From an uncultured delta proteobacterium (GTDB taxonomy: Bacteria; Desulfobacterota; Desulfobacteria; Desulfobacterales; SG8-13), in assembly GCA_963848135.1 (NCBI GenBank), contig CAWKCK010000005.1, forward strand, positions 186,001 through 250,000: 64,000 nt of DNA, in the 5' to 3' direction. Numbering within the stretch: position 1 is the stretch's first letter; every line of letters begins with the position of its first letter. The notes under the pieces were generated by a model. That model was not told the origin of the DNA and ran no database searches. It saw only the letters and a list, made by a program, of their open reading frames with translations. The position numbers and the translations under genes were made by a program. This document shows positions 37,435 through 47,363 of this stretch, piece after piece.

Positions 37435-38349
37435 TTATTTTTGAAAAGCGGTATAACCGGCGAAATTTCGCATCTTTCCTGATTGGATCTGCAAAACCAG
37501 ATTGTCGATCATCCTGCCGACAATTTCCTCCGCCCGTCTGAGATCTTTCTCGGAGCCGAAACTGGACCCAAGCTCCCGAAAAATAACATCGTATGGCGAT
37601 GGCTTGGCAGTGCCGTGCGGATAGGCCGTATCCGTTTTGGTGTAAATATGATCGTCGAACACATAGTTGCAGGGCCCCAGATCGGTATGTCTCCGATAGG
37701 GCCAATCGATCTTCAGCTGCGAAAATTTCCGCAGCAACCGCCGGCATGTTCTCCACTGAAGTATGTCTTCTGCTGTTACCGGGGCCTCCAGGCGATGTTC
37801 CAAACCGATGAAAAACGCTTCCAGCAAACTGGCCTCGGTAACGATCAATCCGTATTCGTACCAATTGTCGGCGGTCTCCCGCACAATTGTCTTGACCGAA
37901 GGGGAAAGCCGATGGTGGGTCGGACAGAAGTACACTCGGCATGCCATGCCGCCGTAATAGCTGAGCCCACGATAATCGATGCCGTCATTTCCCGCCGCCA
38001 AAGGATGCAGTAGGCAGCCGACCCGCGCGAGCTGTTGGCCAACAAACCCCACAAAAGGGCAATGGTGAAATTCAGGAAAAGGGACGCGCCCGCGCTGATC
38101 TTCCAATGTCTTGCGCCCGAAAGCCACGATCGCGTCCGCCTCGCGGGGTATCGAAGCAAATCTCTGTGTGCGACCGGTTAACATCGCCTCCAAGGCGGAA
38201 CGCGATACATCCGCCACGTTGTATAACCCGCAGCAGGCCGCGCAAGACACCCGTTCATTGAATTGACACAGGTAAACGCCGCCGGGTGCCAACGGTCCCG
38301 GTAGCGGCATGGTCTCGTTGCCTTTGCGCCGTTCCGTATTTTCACTCAT
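37435..38349 (-). CDS. Cys-cluster (YkgJ-like Zn/Fe-binding) hypothetical protein
   Basis: SCAACCG, HCPF...GCLLH and ACRVYFCP. Confidence 0.65.
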   Translation of the reverse strand: MSENTERRKGNETMPLPGPLAPGGVYLCQFNERVSCAACCGLYNVADVSRSALEAMLTGRTQRFASIPREADAIVAFGRKTLEDQRGRVPFPEFHHCPFVGFVGQQLARVGCLLHPLAAGNDGIDYRGLSYYGGMACRVYFCPTHHRLSPSVKTIVRETADNWYEYGLIVTEASLLEAFFIGLEHRLEAPVTAEDILQWRTCRRLLRKFSQLKIDWPYRRHTDLGPCNYVFDDHIYTKTDTAYPHGTAKPSPYDVIFRELGSSFGSEKDLRRAEEIVGRMIDNLVLQIQSGKMRNFAGYTAFQK

Positions 38350-38453
38350 CTCTATCCTGCATATTTACGAATGATTTTCCGCAAGGCTGAAAATAAGATT
38401 AAATTCCAACGGATAAAATATATTTGCGGATTAATTTTGATGATAACCGGATA

Positions 38454-39068
38454 TCAGCGTCGCAAAGCCAGGCACAGACCGTCCTTTTCCGGAGAATGCG
38501 CCGGTAAAAATGAGAACAGGTGCACGGTGGCCCATTCGGGAGCGGCAAAAATCAATTGATTGAACGGTTGGGCGGCTTCGAACCCCACATTGTCGGCAAC
38601 CAGCAATCCGCCTTTGCGCAATAATCGTCGGCAGTCGGGCAAAACCTTTCCATAATCGGATTTTTCGATATCCAAAAAAATCAGGTCAAAACGGTCTTCC
38701 ATCGTCTGCAGTATCCCAACGGCGTCACCGGTTCTCACCTCGGTTACTGTTGCCAAACCGGCCTGGCGGAAATTGGCCTTGGCCCTTCCGGCCATTTCGG
38801 GATCGTTTTCTATGGTTACCATACGACCGCTATTGGGATCGAGGGCCCGGCCGAGATAGATGGCCGAATATCCGGTGGCCGTTCCCAGTTCCAAGATTGC
38901 GGCAGCGTTGATGGAACAGGCCAGGATAAATAGAAGTTCTCCCACCACCGGTCCGATGATAGGAATATTTTCTCGATCGGCTTCGGCTTCCAGCGCTTTC
39001 AACAGCGGGTCACGCTCGGGAATGAACTGCCGGAAGTACGACTCGGGATTCTCCACCATAGCTGCCAT
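38454..39068 (-). CDS. SAM-dependent O-methyltransferase (YrrM/caffeoyl-CoA type)
   Basis: LELGTATGYS, FDLIFLD and GGLLVADNV. Confidence 0.92.
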   Translation of the reverse strand: MAAMVENPESYFRQFIPERDPLLKALEAEADRENIPIIGPVVGELLFILACSINAAAILELGTATGYSAIYLGRALDPNSGRMVTIENDPEMAGRAKANFRQAGLATVTEVRTGDAVGILQTMEDRFDLIFLDIEKSDYGKVLPDCRRLLRKGGLLVADNVGFEAAQPFNQLIFAAPEWATVHLFSFLPAHSPEKDGLCLALRR

Positions 39069-39092
39069 AGCTTCCTCTCTGACGGCCTAATC

Positions 39093-39500
39093 TTATTCAG
39101 GCAAAATTTTATATTCAGTTGTGATGTCAGCAACGCCGCGCACGGTCGCCGCTACCGAGCAGTATTTCTCTTCGGAAAGTTGAATCGCCTTCTGAACGGC
39201 CTTTTCCGTCAACCCCTTGCCACCGATGCGGAAGGTCAATTTTATCTTGCGGTAGGCCCAGGGCGGCTCGGGATCGTGCTCACCGGTGGTTAAAATCTCG
39301 AGACTGCTGGGAGGCTGCCGTTTTTTTGTCAGAATTTCGACCACATCGACGGCCGTGCACGCTGACAAGGCAATGAGCAACATTTGCGACGGCCGCATGC
39401 CGTTCGGGTCATTCTCTCCGGACAGTACAACCGCATGCTTATTTTCATCCATCCCCACGAATTGTTGCCCGGTTACCCAGCGTATGGTGGTACTCGGCAT
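39093..39500 (-). CDS. OsmC family protein
   Basis: RPSQMLLIALSAC and KYCSV; AAGGAG RBS. Confidence 0.92.
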   Translation of the reverse strand: MPSTTIRWVTGQQFVGMDENKHAVVLSGENDPNGMRPSQMLLIALSACTAVDVVEILTKKRQPPSSLEILTTGEHDPEPPWAYRKIKLTFRIGGKGLTEKAVQKAIQLSEEKYCSVAATVRGVADITTEYKILPE

Positions 39501-39572
39501 TTAACATCTCCTTTCGAATGGGTTTAAAACAGGTGTCAATTGAGCGGTTCTGCGATCCCCACTCCGAGCTCA

Positions 39573-40088
39573 TCAGGCCAGAGCATGCCGGATCACCCGA
39601 TAACGGGCAAAAATCTGGCCACTACCCAAGTGTTTGAAATCAATCAGTTCGAGCAGGATCGACACCGGCTCGGCAAAAAGAGAAAGGCCCTTCCCGAAGA
39701 CCCGGGGGACATAAGTCACGTGAATCTCGTCGATCAGATCATCCCGCGCAAAAAGTGTGTTGATTTGCGATCCTCCGGCCAGAACAACCGTTTCGTAGCC
39801 TTCCCTTCGCAATTCCGAGAGCACCTCCCGCGGATGTTTGGATGTGAACACCAGGTCCTCGCGGCTGGACACTCGGCTTTTGTCGCGACTGAGCACAATA
39901 TTCTTGCGCCCCGGAAGTGGTTTGCCGATGGTATCGTATGTTTTGGACCCCATGATCAATACACCCGCCTTGAGGGTAGTATTTTTGAACAAGCGTTTGT
40001 CTTCCGAACCGGTCCAGTCCGGAAAATCTTCTGGCCCGCGGGCTATCTTGCCATCAACCGTGAGTGCCATTAACAGAACAACCTTCAT
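39573..40088 (-). CDS. folA: Dihydrofolate reductase family protein
   Basis: MGSKTYDTI, PLPGRKNIVLSR, GGSQI and DEIHVT. Confidence 0.8.
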   Translation of the reverse strand: MKVVLLMALTVDGKIARGPEDFPDWTGSEDKRLFKNTTLKAGVLIMGSKTYDTIGKPLPGRKNIVLSRDKSRVSSREDLVFTSKHPREVLSELRREGYETVVLAGGSQINTLFARDDLIDEIHVTYVPRVFGKGLSLFAEPVSILLELIDFKHLGSGQIFARYRVIRHALA

Positions 40089-40252
40089 TTCACTGAAACT
40101 CCATGCCGTTTGCACTGATTTTTAAAAACAAAGTCCGAAAAACGCAAGGGTCGTATGAGTGATTGGCGAACAAAACGGTCGGATAACGGAACGTTTACAA
40201 CCACCATAACCCCGTCTGCAACGCCGAAAGAAGGTTATGAAATGCCCTGAAA

Positions 40253-41008
40253 TTAAAATTTCATCAATTCATCCTGGCCCACGATTACCGGCATGTATCC
40301 GAAGATGGCATTCAGATGGTGCAGAAAGGCATGGTGCCCTTCGGTCTGCCATATCTGCCGAACCTCATCGTCAATATCGCGATACTGCTCTATTAAATTA
40401 TCGATGGAGGCAACGCCCGTCGACAACTGACGTCGATCGACTTCGGCCGCGACCATCTCGAGCCACGTCTTACTGACGCCCATGATGAAATATGGCCAGG
40501 TGTTTCGAGTAATGGGGGACCAGCTCTGATCACTCGTATCCCCGATGCCGGTTTTGGTAATCTGCCCGTTACCATCGACGGAAACCCGCCGAATATTGCC
40601 CGACTGTAGAAGGTCCTCTACCAAAGAATCGTTCTGAACGGCAGCGATGACTCCCTGTGCGGAAACAGAATCAGCATAAAAAATAAAACTGAGACGATGC
40701 CCGGCCTTGTCACGGGCGGCTCTGCGGTGAAAACGCCACAGGGGAATCTGATCATGGTAACGCTCAAGAATCGGAGCGACAACCCGGTGTGCGATCAAAG
40801 CATCCATGTGCCATGCAGCTGCGCCCCCCTCCGGCCAATCGTGCTGAAACCTTACCGACCGCCAACCCATGGCCGTATTATTTTGCAGCGGTTCCCGGAC
40901 AATGGCCGTGGATGTTCCTTGGGGAGTCATCCCGGCACACCCGGCAATGATGATCACTCCCAGGGCAATTGTCACCCAACCGATTCGGTTCGTCACCACA
41001 TTGTCCAA
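40253..41008 (-). CDS. Hypothetical lipoprotein (possible Lant_dehydr_C-like fold)
   Basis: GTG start with GAGG RBS, lipobox IAGC; W...D.LI...V.P.L...W.F.R...GH.L and HH.N..G patterns. Confidence 0.7.
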   Translation of the reverse strand: MDNVVTNRIGWVTIALGVIIIAGCAGMTPQGTSTAIVREPLQNNTAMGWRSVRFQHDWPEGGAAAWHMDALIAHRVVAPILERYHDQIPLWRFHRRAARDKAGHRLSFIFYADSVSAQGVIAAVQNDSLVEDLLQSGNIRRVSVDGNGQITKTGIGDTSDQSWSPITRNTWPYFIMGVSKTWLEMVAAEVDRRQLSTGVASIDNLIEQYRDIDDEVRQIWQTEGHHAFLHHLNAIFGYMPVIVGQDELMKF

Positions 41009-41080
41009 AATTCCCTCAATATTATTCGGCGGCTTAATATTGGTGATAAGCCACCCCTGTCGGATTCTTAAATTTCGGGC

Positions 41081-41779
41081 CTAATTGAGATCGAACACCA
41101 GTCTCCATTGCTCGGAGCCCTTGCGTACCGCTACTTCTTCCTTTTCGATCTTTACGATCACATACCCTTCTAAAGATGCCCCTTCTCTGACGATATTCCC
41201 GTTGATGACCGCCAGACGATCGCCGGCTGCCGGTGCCCATGATATGGCTTGCAGCTTCAGTTCGGACGTCAAGATCGGGAGACTGGTCGTTGCGGGCACA
41301 CTCGGCTTAGCGGTTTTCTTTTCTTCCGACGATGGCTTTCGGACAGGTGGTGCCGGTTTTTTTTTCACCGTCGGCGATGGCGCGGGCTTGGCAACAGGTG
41401 CGGCTGGTGTCGCCTGACGATCGGGTTGTGGCGCGGCGGTTTTGGACGGCTTTTTGGCCGGTAGGCGTGCCGGCGGTGTGGCCGTTGGTTTGGGAGCGGA
41501 TGAAGTCTGATCCGGTTTGCTTATCGGTCGTGTCACGGCAACGGTTGTCTCGGTGCGGCTTTCAGGGGCCGGTTTGCTGAAGTAAAGGAAAAGGCCCCCG
41601 GCGGCAGCCACGACCGCTACAGCCAGCAGTCCCCATAATACGGCCGTAGATCGTCCGGCGCTGATATCCCAGCGACGGATACCCTTTCGGGATCTCGACC
41701 CGGACGGCCAGATGACCGACCGGCGTTTTCGGGGAAGCTCATCGTCGAGTTTCTTGAGGGCTTTTAAGATGGAGCTCAC
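41081..41779 (-). CDS. gspB: ExeB/GspB (T2SSB domain) protein
   Basis: MSSILKALKKL N-terminus, single TM, Pro-rich linker and LQAISW...RLAVING...REG. Confidence 0.8.
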   Translation of the reverse strand: MSSILKALKKLDDELPRKRRSVIWPSGSRSRKGIRRWDISAGRSTAVLWGLLAVAVVAAAGGLFLYFSKPAPESRTETTVAVTRPISKPDQTSSAPKPTATPPARLPAKKPSKTAAPQPDRQATPAAPVAKPAPSPTVKKKPAPPVRKPSSEEKKTAKPSVPATTSLPILTSELKLQAISWAPAAGDRLAVINGNIVREGASLEGYVIVKIEKEEVAVRKGSEQWRLVFDLN

Positions 41780-41879
41780 GGTGTCCAATTCCTTAAAATT
41801 CGCATCGCGGCGCAAGTAATTTTCGGAAAGGTCCGGGTATGCGGCCGTTTCCGAACCCCTTCATACCAACGCCTAATCT

Positions 41880-43604
41880 CTATTGTCGTTTCGCCACCTC
41901 GCGCCGGATATGGGGGATATTCAGCGCCTGATTTTCATTGAACAACAGGATTTTGGTTAACGGCCCGACGATTCCGTCGGGTGGGAGTCCGTTTTTTTCC
42001 TGTAGATGCTGCACGGCCCATTCGGTCTGATCGTCATAGTCGGGGCCGGTGTCGACCTGGGAAAAACCGATTTCCCGGAGATATTTCTTGAGCCTGACAA
42101 CCGATGCATCGGGCTGCCCACCCCGAATTTTATCATCTTCGTCCAAGTGGTTTCGCCACGGTATATATACCGGGCCATGACAACTGGCCGTCAACTCATC
42201 CTCCGGCACGGTGATGTCCGCGTTTCTGCCTGGCCGGCCGAGGGTCACCTCCTGATCATCGATGGCAGTTAAGGTCAGAAAACCTGGTGGGGAATCACGC
42301 GATATTCTCACGGCAATGACGGCCGGTAGATTCAAACTGGTGAGAAGTCCGAAATTGCATTCCGTTTTGAGCAATGAAAAGCCGTTCTGTTCGGCCGCCA
42401 TTTTGAAAAAAGCATCGTCATCGGTCTCATCATCGAGGAGCGGGTCGAGGACGGTCTCAATGCCCCAAAGCTCCAGCACCGAGGTCATGGCGATGTGCCT
42501 GGCCGATCTGACATCCATCTCTACCAGAAAACGCGACAAGGCTTCTGACTCCGTGCGTTGCGGTGATTCGAATGTTTGCGCGGGCGCTGCCGGCATCTGA
42601 TCCTGCTGGACGGTCACCAACTGGCTTTCCTCCCGAGGAAAAACCTTGGATATGGCCGTCCCCAATATGCGTTCTGCAAACTGTTGGGTGCCGGCGGTTC
42701 CCTGTTTGTAAAACCAAAGCATGAGAATAGCAAAGCAAACCAAGGCCAGCACAGTCAGCGGTAGTTTGAACCCTTTCTTTTTACGGCGCGCCGCAGCGCG
42801 ACCGGCATCGAGTTCTCGGATGGCCGCCCGCACGTCACCGCCGGTTATCTTTCTGCGATTTCGACTGTAAGCCGTCAGCAGGGACCGGTCACAAACAATA
42901 TTGATCAGGCGAGGGACGCCCTTGGAATAGCGGTAAATTAGGCGGACAGCGCTGCCGCTGAACGGTACTTGGCTCTTGGCGGAGGCAACATGAATGCGGT
43001 GCTCGATATATTCCCTGACTTCCCTGATGGTCAATGGCGATAACTGGCAGCTGAGCGTGATGCGCTGGGCCAACTGCCGAAGGTCGTACGAATCGAGAAG
43101 TTCCCCCAGTTCCGGTTGCCCGACCAGGATGATCTGCAGCAATTTGGAACGGCTGGTCTCCAGGTTTGAGAGCAGCCGCAACTGTTCCAGTACGTTTCGA
43201 GATAGATTCTGGGCCTCATCCACCAACAACACCACCCGTCTTCCTTCGGCTTTCATCCGGATTAGGTAGACGTTGAGCGCATCGATGAGGTTTTTAATAT
43301 CGTTTGATTGGCAACGGATTCCGAGTTCATCCGCAATCGTTTTGAGCAGCTGCTTGGGACCGAGCCGGGGGTTGAATATATAGGCAACCTCGGTTCCCTC
43401 ATCCAGATTTTCAAGGAAAACGCGGCATAGCGTGGTTTTCCCGGTACCCACCTCCCCAGTGATCTCCACGAACCCGTCTCCCTCGGAGATGGCATAGCTC
43501 AGGTGCGCCATCGCCTCCTCGTGGCTGCGGCTCACATAATAATACTCGGGGTTGGGAACCAGTTTGAAGGGTCTCTCCCGAAAAGAGAAAAATTTCTTAT
43601 ACAT
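41880..43604 (-). CDS. gspA: ExeA/GspA AAA ATPase with peptidoglycan-binding domain
   Basis: GEVGTGKT, LVDEAQ, LRLLSNLET, GQPEL and GVPRLIN; C-terminal DGIVGPLT PG-binding motif. Confidence 0.9.
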   Translation of the reverse strand: MYKKFFSFRERPFKLVPNPEYYYVSRSHEEAMAHLSYAISEGDGFVEITGEVGTGKTTLCRVFLENLDEGTEVAYIFNPRLGPKQLLKTIADELGIRCQSNDIKNLIDALNVYLIRMKAEGRRVVLLVDEAQNLSRNVLEQLRLLSNLETSRSKLLQIILVGQPELGELLDSYDLRQLAQRITLSCQLSPLTIREVREYIEHRIHVASAKSQVPFSGSAVRLIYRYSKGVPRLINIVCDRSLLTAYSRNRRKITGGDVRAAIRELDAGRAAARRKKKGFKLPLTVLALVCFAILMLWFYKQGTAGTQQFAERILGTAISKVFPREESQLVTVQQDQMPAAPAQTFESPQRTESEALSRFLVEMDVRSARHIAMTSVLELWGIETVLDPLLDDETDDDAFFKMAAEQNGFSLLKTECNFGLLTSLNLPAVIAVRISRDSPPGFLTLTAIDDQEVTLGRPGRNADITVPEDELTASCHGPVYIPWRNHLDEDDKIRGGQPDASVVRLKKYLREIGFSQVDTGPDYDDQTEWAVQHLQEKNGLPPDGIVGPLTKILLFNENQALNIPHIRREVAKRQ

Positions 43605-43768
43605 CCCGATTCTTTCCGGTAAAGGTACCAGGCCGGGTGCGCCGATCGCAGCCGGCAATCAAAATTCTGCTCATAGGAAAATATTTATAATAAAAACAAT
43701 TAAATGTGTCAAGTAGAGCTGAAAGTGATCCTCAATGTCGATCAGGAGAACCCATACATTTTCTATTT

Positions 43769-44806
43769 CTATTCAAAAGCGTCCGGAAACAACTCAAGCT
43801 GGTCGACCTGACCGCTATCAAAGTTCTCGATGAACAGTTCGACGGTTTTTTTCAGTGCCTCGACACGCTCCCGGTTGGCCAGTTTCCAGGAATAGATTTC
43901 GCGATGGAGTTGGCGGCTGTCATCGGCCAGGGCCTCGATCACTTGGCGTTTGGCCGGTTCCCAAAGTAGATGCGCCTCTTCGCCTGGCAGGCCCAACCTT
44001 TTAAATTGCCAATTACAGTTGCGCTCCCACCATGGTGAAGGCTCAGTACCATTCGTAACGCTGCCTTCGAAGTAGAACAGGGTCCATTCGAGTTGTTTGG
44101 GTTTGATATGCAGGTCTCGGGCCACGTCCTTCAGCACGCGTTTGCCCTGGGGTGTATGCATGTCCAATGCGACCCAGTAAGGAAATGATTTTTCGGCACT
44201 GGTCGTCGCCACCGACATGGTGACGGTGGGAATGTCCATAATAGACAGGTAAGCTGCCGCCTGGATCACCGCCCGATCGAGAGGTCTTCCGGCGTTTTTA
44301 TATCTCATGGCGTTGACCCAAAGGGGGCGCCCTTCGTTATCGTCCAGGTTCCGCTCCAACCAGGTCCAGAAATCTTCCGGGCGACTAATGGCATTGGCCA
44401 CGATCTTTATATGGCGGTCGTCCGGATTGCCGCCGATCGTCGATGCATCTCCCTCGTACAGTCGGTGGGCCAGATATCCGAGGCCGGCGGCGTCCCTGTT
44501 CTTGTTCGATAAAGCGACCTTAATCAAGGCGGCCACTTTGCTGTGAAAGTGGCGGTTGAAAATAAGATCTTGTCCCAGAGGCCAGCACTCTTCGAAGGTG
44601 ATAAGCGCTGTCCGGTTTCGAAACCAGTTTTTCTCCCTGAAGCTCAGGCTCTGAATCAACGCACTGACGATGTAAACCAAATCGACATTTCCGCGCCGAA
44701 CTGCCTTCTGAAGCAGGGAACGAAAGCGGGCATCGATGTCGGTACCACGATTGTCGAATATTGTCATGTCTATCCCGAATATTTTGTCGCATTCGTTCAC
44801 CGGCAA
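43769..44806 (-). CDS. Hypothetical protein resembling RarA/MgsA C-terminal helical domains, with QLELF clamp-binding-like motif
   Basis: SLLQKAVRRG and ALDMHT.QG; no Walker A; C-terminal QLELF. Confidence 0.7.
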   Translation of the reverse strand: MPVNECDKIFGIDMTIFDNRGTDIDARFRSLLQKAVRRGNVDLVYIVSALIQSLSFREKNWFRNRTALITFEECWPLGQDLIFNRHFHSKVAALIKVALSNKNRDAAGLGYLAHRLYEGDASTIGGNPDDRHIKIVANAISRPEDFWTWLERNLDDNEGRPLWVNAMRYKNAGRPLDRAVIQAAAYLSIMDIPTVTMSVATTSAEKSFPYWVALDMHTPQGKRVLKDVARDLHIKPKQLEWTLFYFEGSVTNGTEPSPWWERNCNWQFKRLGLPGEEAHLLWEPAKRQVIEALADDSRQLHREIYSWKLANRERVEALKKTVELFIENFDSGQVDQLELFPDAFE

Positions 44807-44961
44807 GCCGTGTCATCCGCAGGACGCGGAAAGGACCGTCGAATCTTGCAAGGCGTGAATGCGGGATAGCGTAGCGACGGCAACCGCAAAATTTTGCATT
44901 ACCCTCTTATATGGAAAACCAACAACCCCACGGTTTGGTATTCGTTCGAGAGCGAAAGGCT

Positions 44962-45702
44962 TTACAGCGTCATACCGCCGTCAATAATCAGCACCTGCCC
45001 GGTCATGAAACGGCTTTCATCGGATCCTAAAAAAATGCAGGCATCTGCGACTTCATCCGCAGTGCCCAATCGTTTCATACGGTGTCGGCTGATAAAGGCA
45101 TTCCGCAGCGCGGCGGAGTCTGACGCCGCGGCGATGCGCGACGCCAGACCCGGGGTTTCGATGGCACCGGGACAGACGGCGTTGACCCGAATTCCCTGAT
45201 CGACATAGTCGATGGCAACTGATTTTGTAAAACCGATGAGCGCCGCTTTGGTGGTGCTGTATGCCAGGCGAGCGGGAGCACTGGTAATGCTGGAAAGAAC
45301 CGAGGCGATGTTGATGATGACACCGGCGCCCTTGGTGCACATGGACGGAAGAAATGCCCGGGTCATGTGAAACGCTCCCCGGATATTGACATCCACCGAA
45401 CGTTCCAGTTCTGCCGGCGTGCAGTCCAGAATTGTCCCCGAAGCCACGTATCCGGCGCAGTTAACCAAAATGTCAATGATCCCGATCTCTTCGGCCGCCG
45501 CATGGATGTCTTCAGGCCGGGTAACATCCAATTGCCGTATTCGGACCGATGGCGTGTCTTGCAGTTGCTTCAGCGGCGGCAGGCTCCGGCTTGTGGCCCA
45601 AACCTGACATCCCTCCCGGGCGAAACCGAGCGCAACAGCGCGACCGATTCCCTGCCCGGAACCCGTAACAACCGCGGATTTACCATCTAAACGTCCTGTC
45701 AT
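44962..45702 (-). CDS. Short-chain dehydrogenase/reductase (BDH2/DHRS6-like)
   Basis: TGSGQGIG, NCAG, YSTTK and NAVCPG. Confidence 0.92.
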   Translation of the reverse strand: MTGRLDGKSAVVTGSGQGIGRAVALGFAREGCQVWATSRSLPPLKQLQDTPSVRIRQLDVTRPEDIHAAAEEIGIIDILVNCAGYVASGTILDCTPAELERSVDVNIRGAFHMTRAFLPSMCTKGAGVIINIASVLSSITSAPARLAYSTTKAALIGFTKSVAIDYVDQGIRVNAVCPGAIETPGLASRIAAASDSAALRNAFISRHRMKRLGTADEVADACIFLGSDESRFMTGQVLIIDGGMTL

Positions 45703-46144
45703 GTTCGTACCCTAAATAATGCGCTCAATTCGACATCTTACAGAAATATGAAACGCGCTGTTTAGATTTATTTATGCAACTCTCTGGGCGATTGTCAAGT
45801 CGATGATCGCGCATGGAAACGGGCCGTTTTAGCTGTAAATCCGTACCTATTTGGGTGTGTGGGCGGCAGGTCCCTTGGACGGCCAAAACGACCGGGATGT
45901 TCATCGAGGGACGTCGCGCCCCGAAGAACCAAGCAAATCAGAATTCCACTGGAGCACAAGGAGAAGGGGGTTGAACGGGAAAGCGAATCCACGAAGACCG
46001 CTTTCCCGATTAATATCGTGCGGATGTCAACCAGAGGACATCGAAGGCTCCGAATCCGAATCTTCGGCACGGCACAGAAAACGCGTAAAGCATTCCCATT
46101 GATTGCAGTAAACCACCGCGGTTCCAGAGCATTCGGTTCGGCTC

Positions 46145-46170
46145 AAGCGCTTCGAAGCGCTTTCTTTTTT
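46145..46170 (+). terminator. Terminator-like hairpin with no upstream + strand gene
   Basis: AAGCGCTTCGAAGCGCTT followed by TCTTTTTT. Confidence 0.5.
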
Positions 46171-46316
46171 GTCTATGCCCTCGGAACGACCAGACTTATA
46201 TATATCTCTTTTTACTATTTTTTTTGTCTTTTTCATCGATCTTCTCGGATTTCAATTCTGTTGAGAAAAACCCCATTGGGGGTATATTGGGAAGCAAGCA
46301 TTATCGGCCCTAACAG

Positions 46317-46393
46317 GCTGTTGCAAAACGATTGCGCCCGGCAATACGGCAATAAAGGCTGAACCCGCGGGGCCCTACCCACGCTTCAGCGAA
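46317..46393. repeat. Dispersed repeat family B, copy 2 (partial)
   Basis: Colinear with 61-136. Confidence 0.7.
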
Positions 46394-46480
46394 AATGCTC
46401 ATTCAGTATAGCGGCTTTCCGGCTTAGTCGAAGCCAACCGTCCCCCCTTACACATTTCGTATTTTCCTTCTTGCCGGCGG

Positions 46481-47257
46481 TCACCGACCGGAAATCTGCA
46501 CGTTCGCTCCCAGGCGGATTTCCATCCGACGGACCGCCCAGGATACAATAAGAATTAGAACCAGGTATTCAAGTACCAGAACAGAGTATATTTCCAACGG
46601 CCGGTAAACCGTGACTGTCAGTTCGTTGGCTTTCCGGGTCAACTCCTGAAGCCCGATTACAGAAACCAGTGAAGACATCTTGAGCATATAGACAAATTGG
46701 TTTCCCAATGGGGGGAGAATTCGACGGATGGCTTGGGGTAGAATTATGAGGCGTAATTTGAGGAAGTATGATAGACCCAGAGCATCGGCCGCCTCTATCT
46801 GGCCTTTTTCGATGGACTGTATCCCACCGCGGAAGATCTCTGCTTCGAAAGCGCTGTCGCATAAAGACAACGCCAGGATACCGGCCGCAAAAGGGGCCAG
46901 AGAAATGCCGAGAACAACCGGCAGTCCATAGTATACCCACAGAATCATAACCAGGGTCGGTACGGATCGAAATGTTTCGACGTAGAGTCGATTTAGAGCC
47001 CGTAACAGCCGGTTTTTTGCGAGTCCCGGCAGGGCGACCAGAAGCCCCGCACCGACAGAAAGGACAATCGACACCGCTGCCAATCCGACCGTCATCCATA
47101 CCCCCTCGAGCAGGAACATCAGGTTGACGCTCCCTTGGGTCGTGGTCGGCAGCACTTCGTACCAGCCCCAATTGTATTCGACGTTGCTGCAACCATCGGT
47201 GGTCAGCACCATTACGAATCCGACCACCGCCGCGAGCCATCCGTTGAATCGGCACAT
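46481..47257 (-). CDS. Polar amino acid ABC transporter permease
   Basis: FRSVPTLV, AEIFRGGI and GQIEAADALG (EAA motif). Confidence 0.93.
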   Translation of the reverse strand: MCRFNGWLAAVVGFVMVLTTDGCSNVEYNWGWYEVLPTTTQGSVNLMFLLEGVWMTVGLAAVSIVLSVGAGLLVALPGLAKNRLLRALNRLYVETFRSVPTLVMILWVYYGLPVVLGISLAPFAAGILALSLCDSAFEAEIFRGGIQSIEKGQIEAADALGLSYFLKLRLIILPQAIRRILPPLGNQFVYMLKMSSLVSVIGLQELTRKANELTVTVYRPLEIYSVLVLEYLVLILIVSWAVRRMEIRLGANVQISGR

Positions 47258-47363
47258 ACGGGTTCCTTTTCTTTCCTTGTTCCTTTCACCGATTCCTGTT
47301 TCGCAATGGCCCGCGCATCGCTATTATCATTGCAATGTCGATCGGGGGTAAAGTCTGCGGAGG

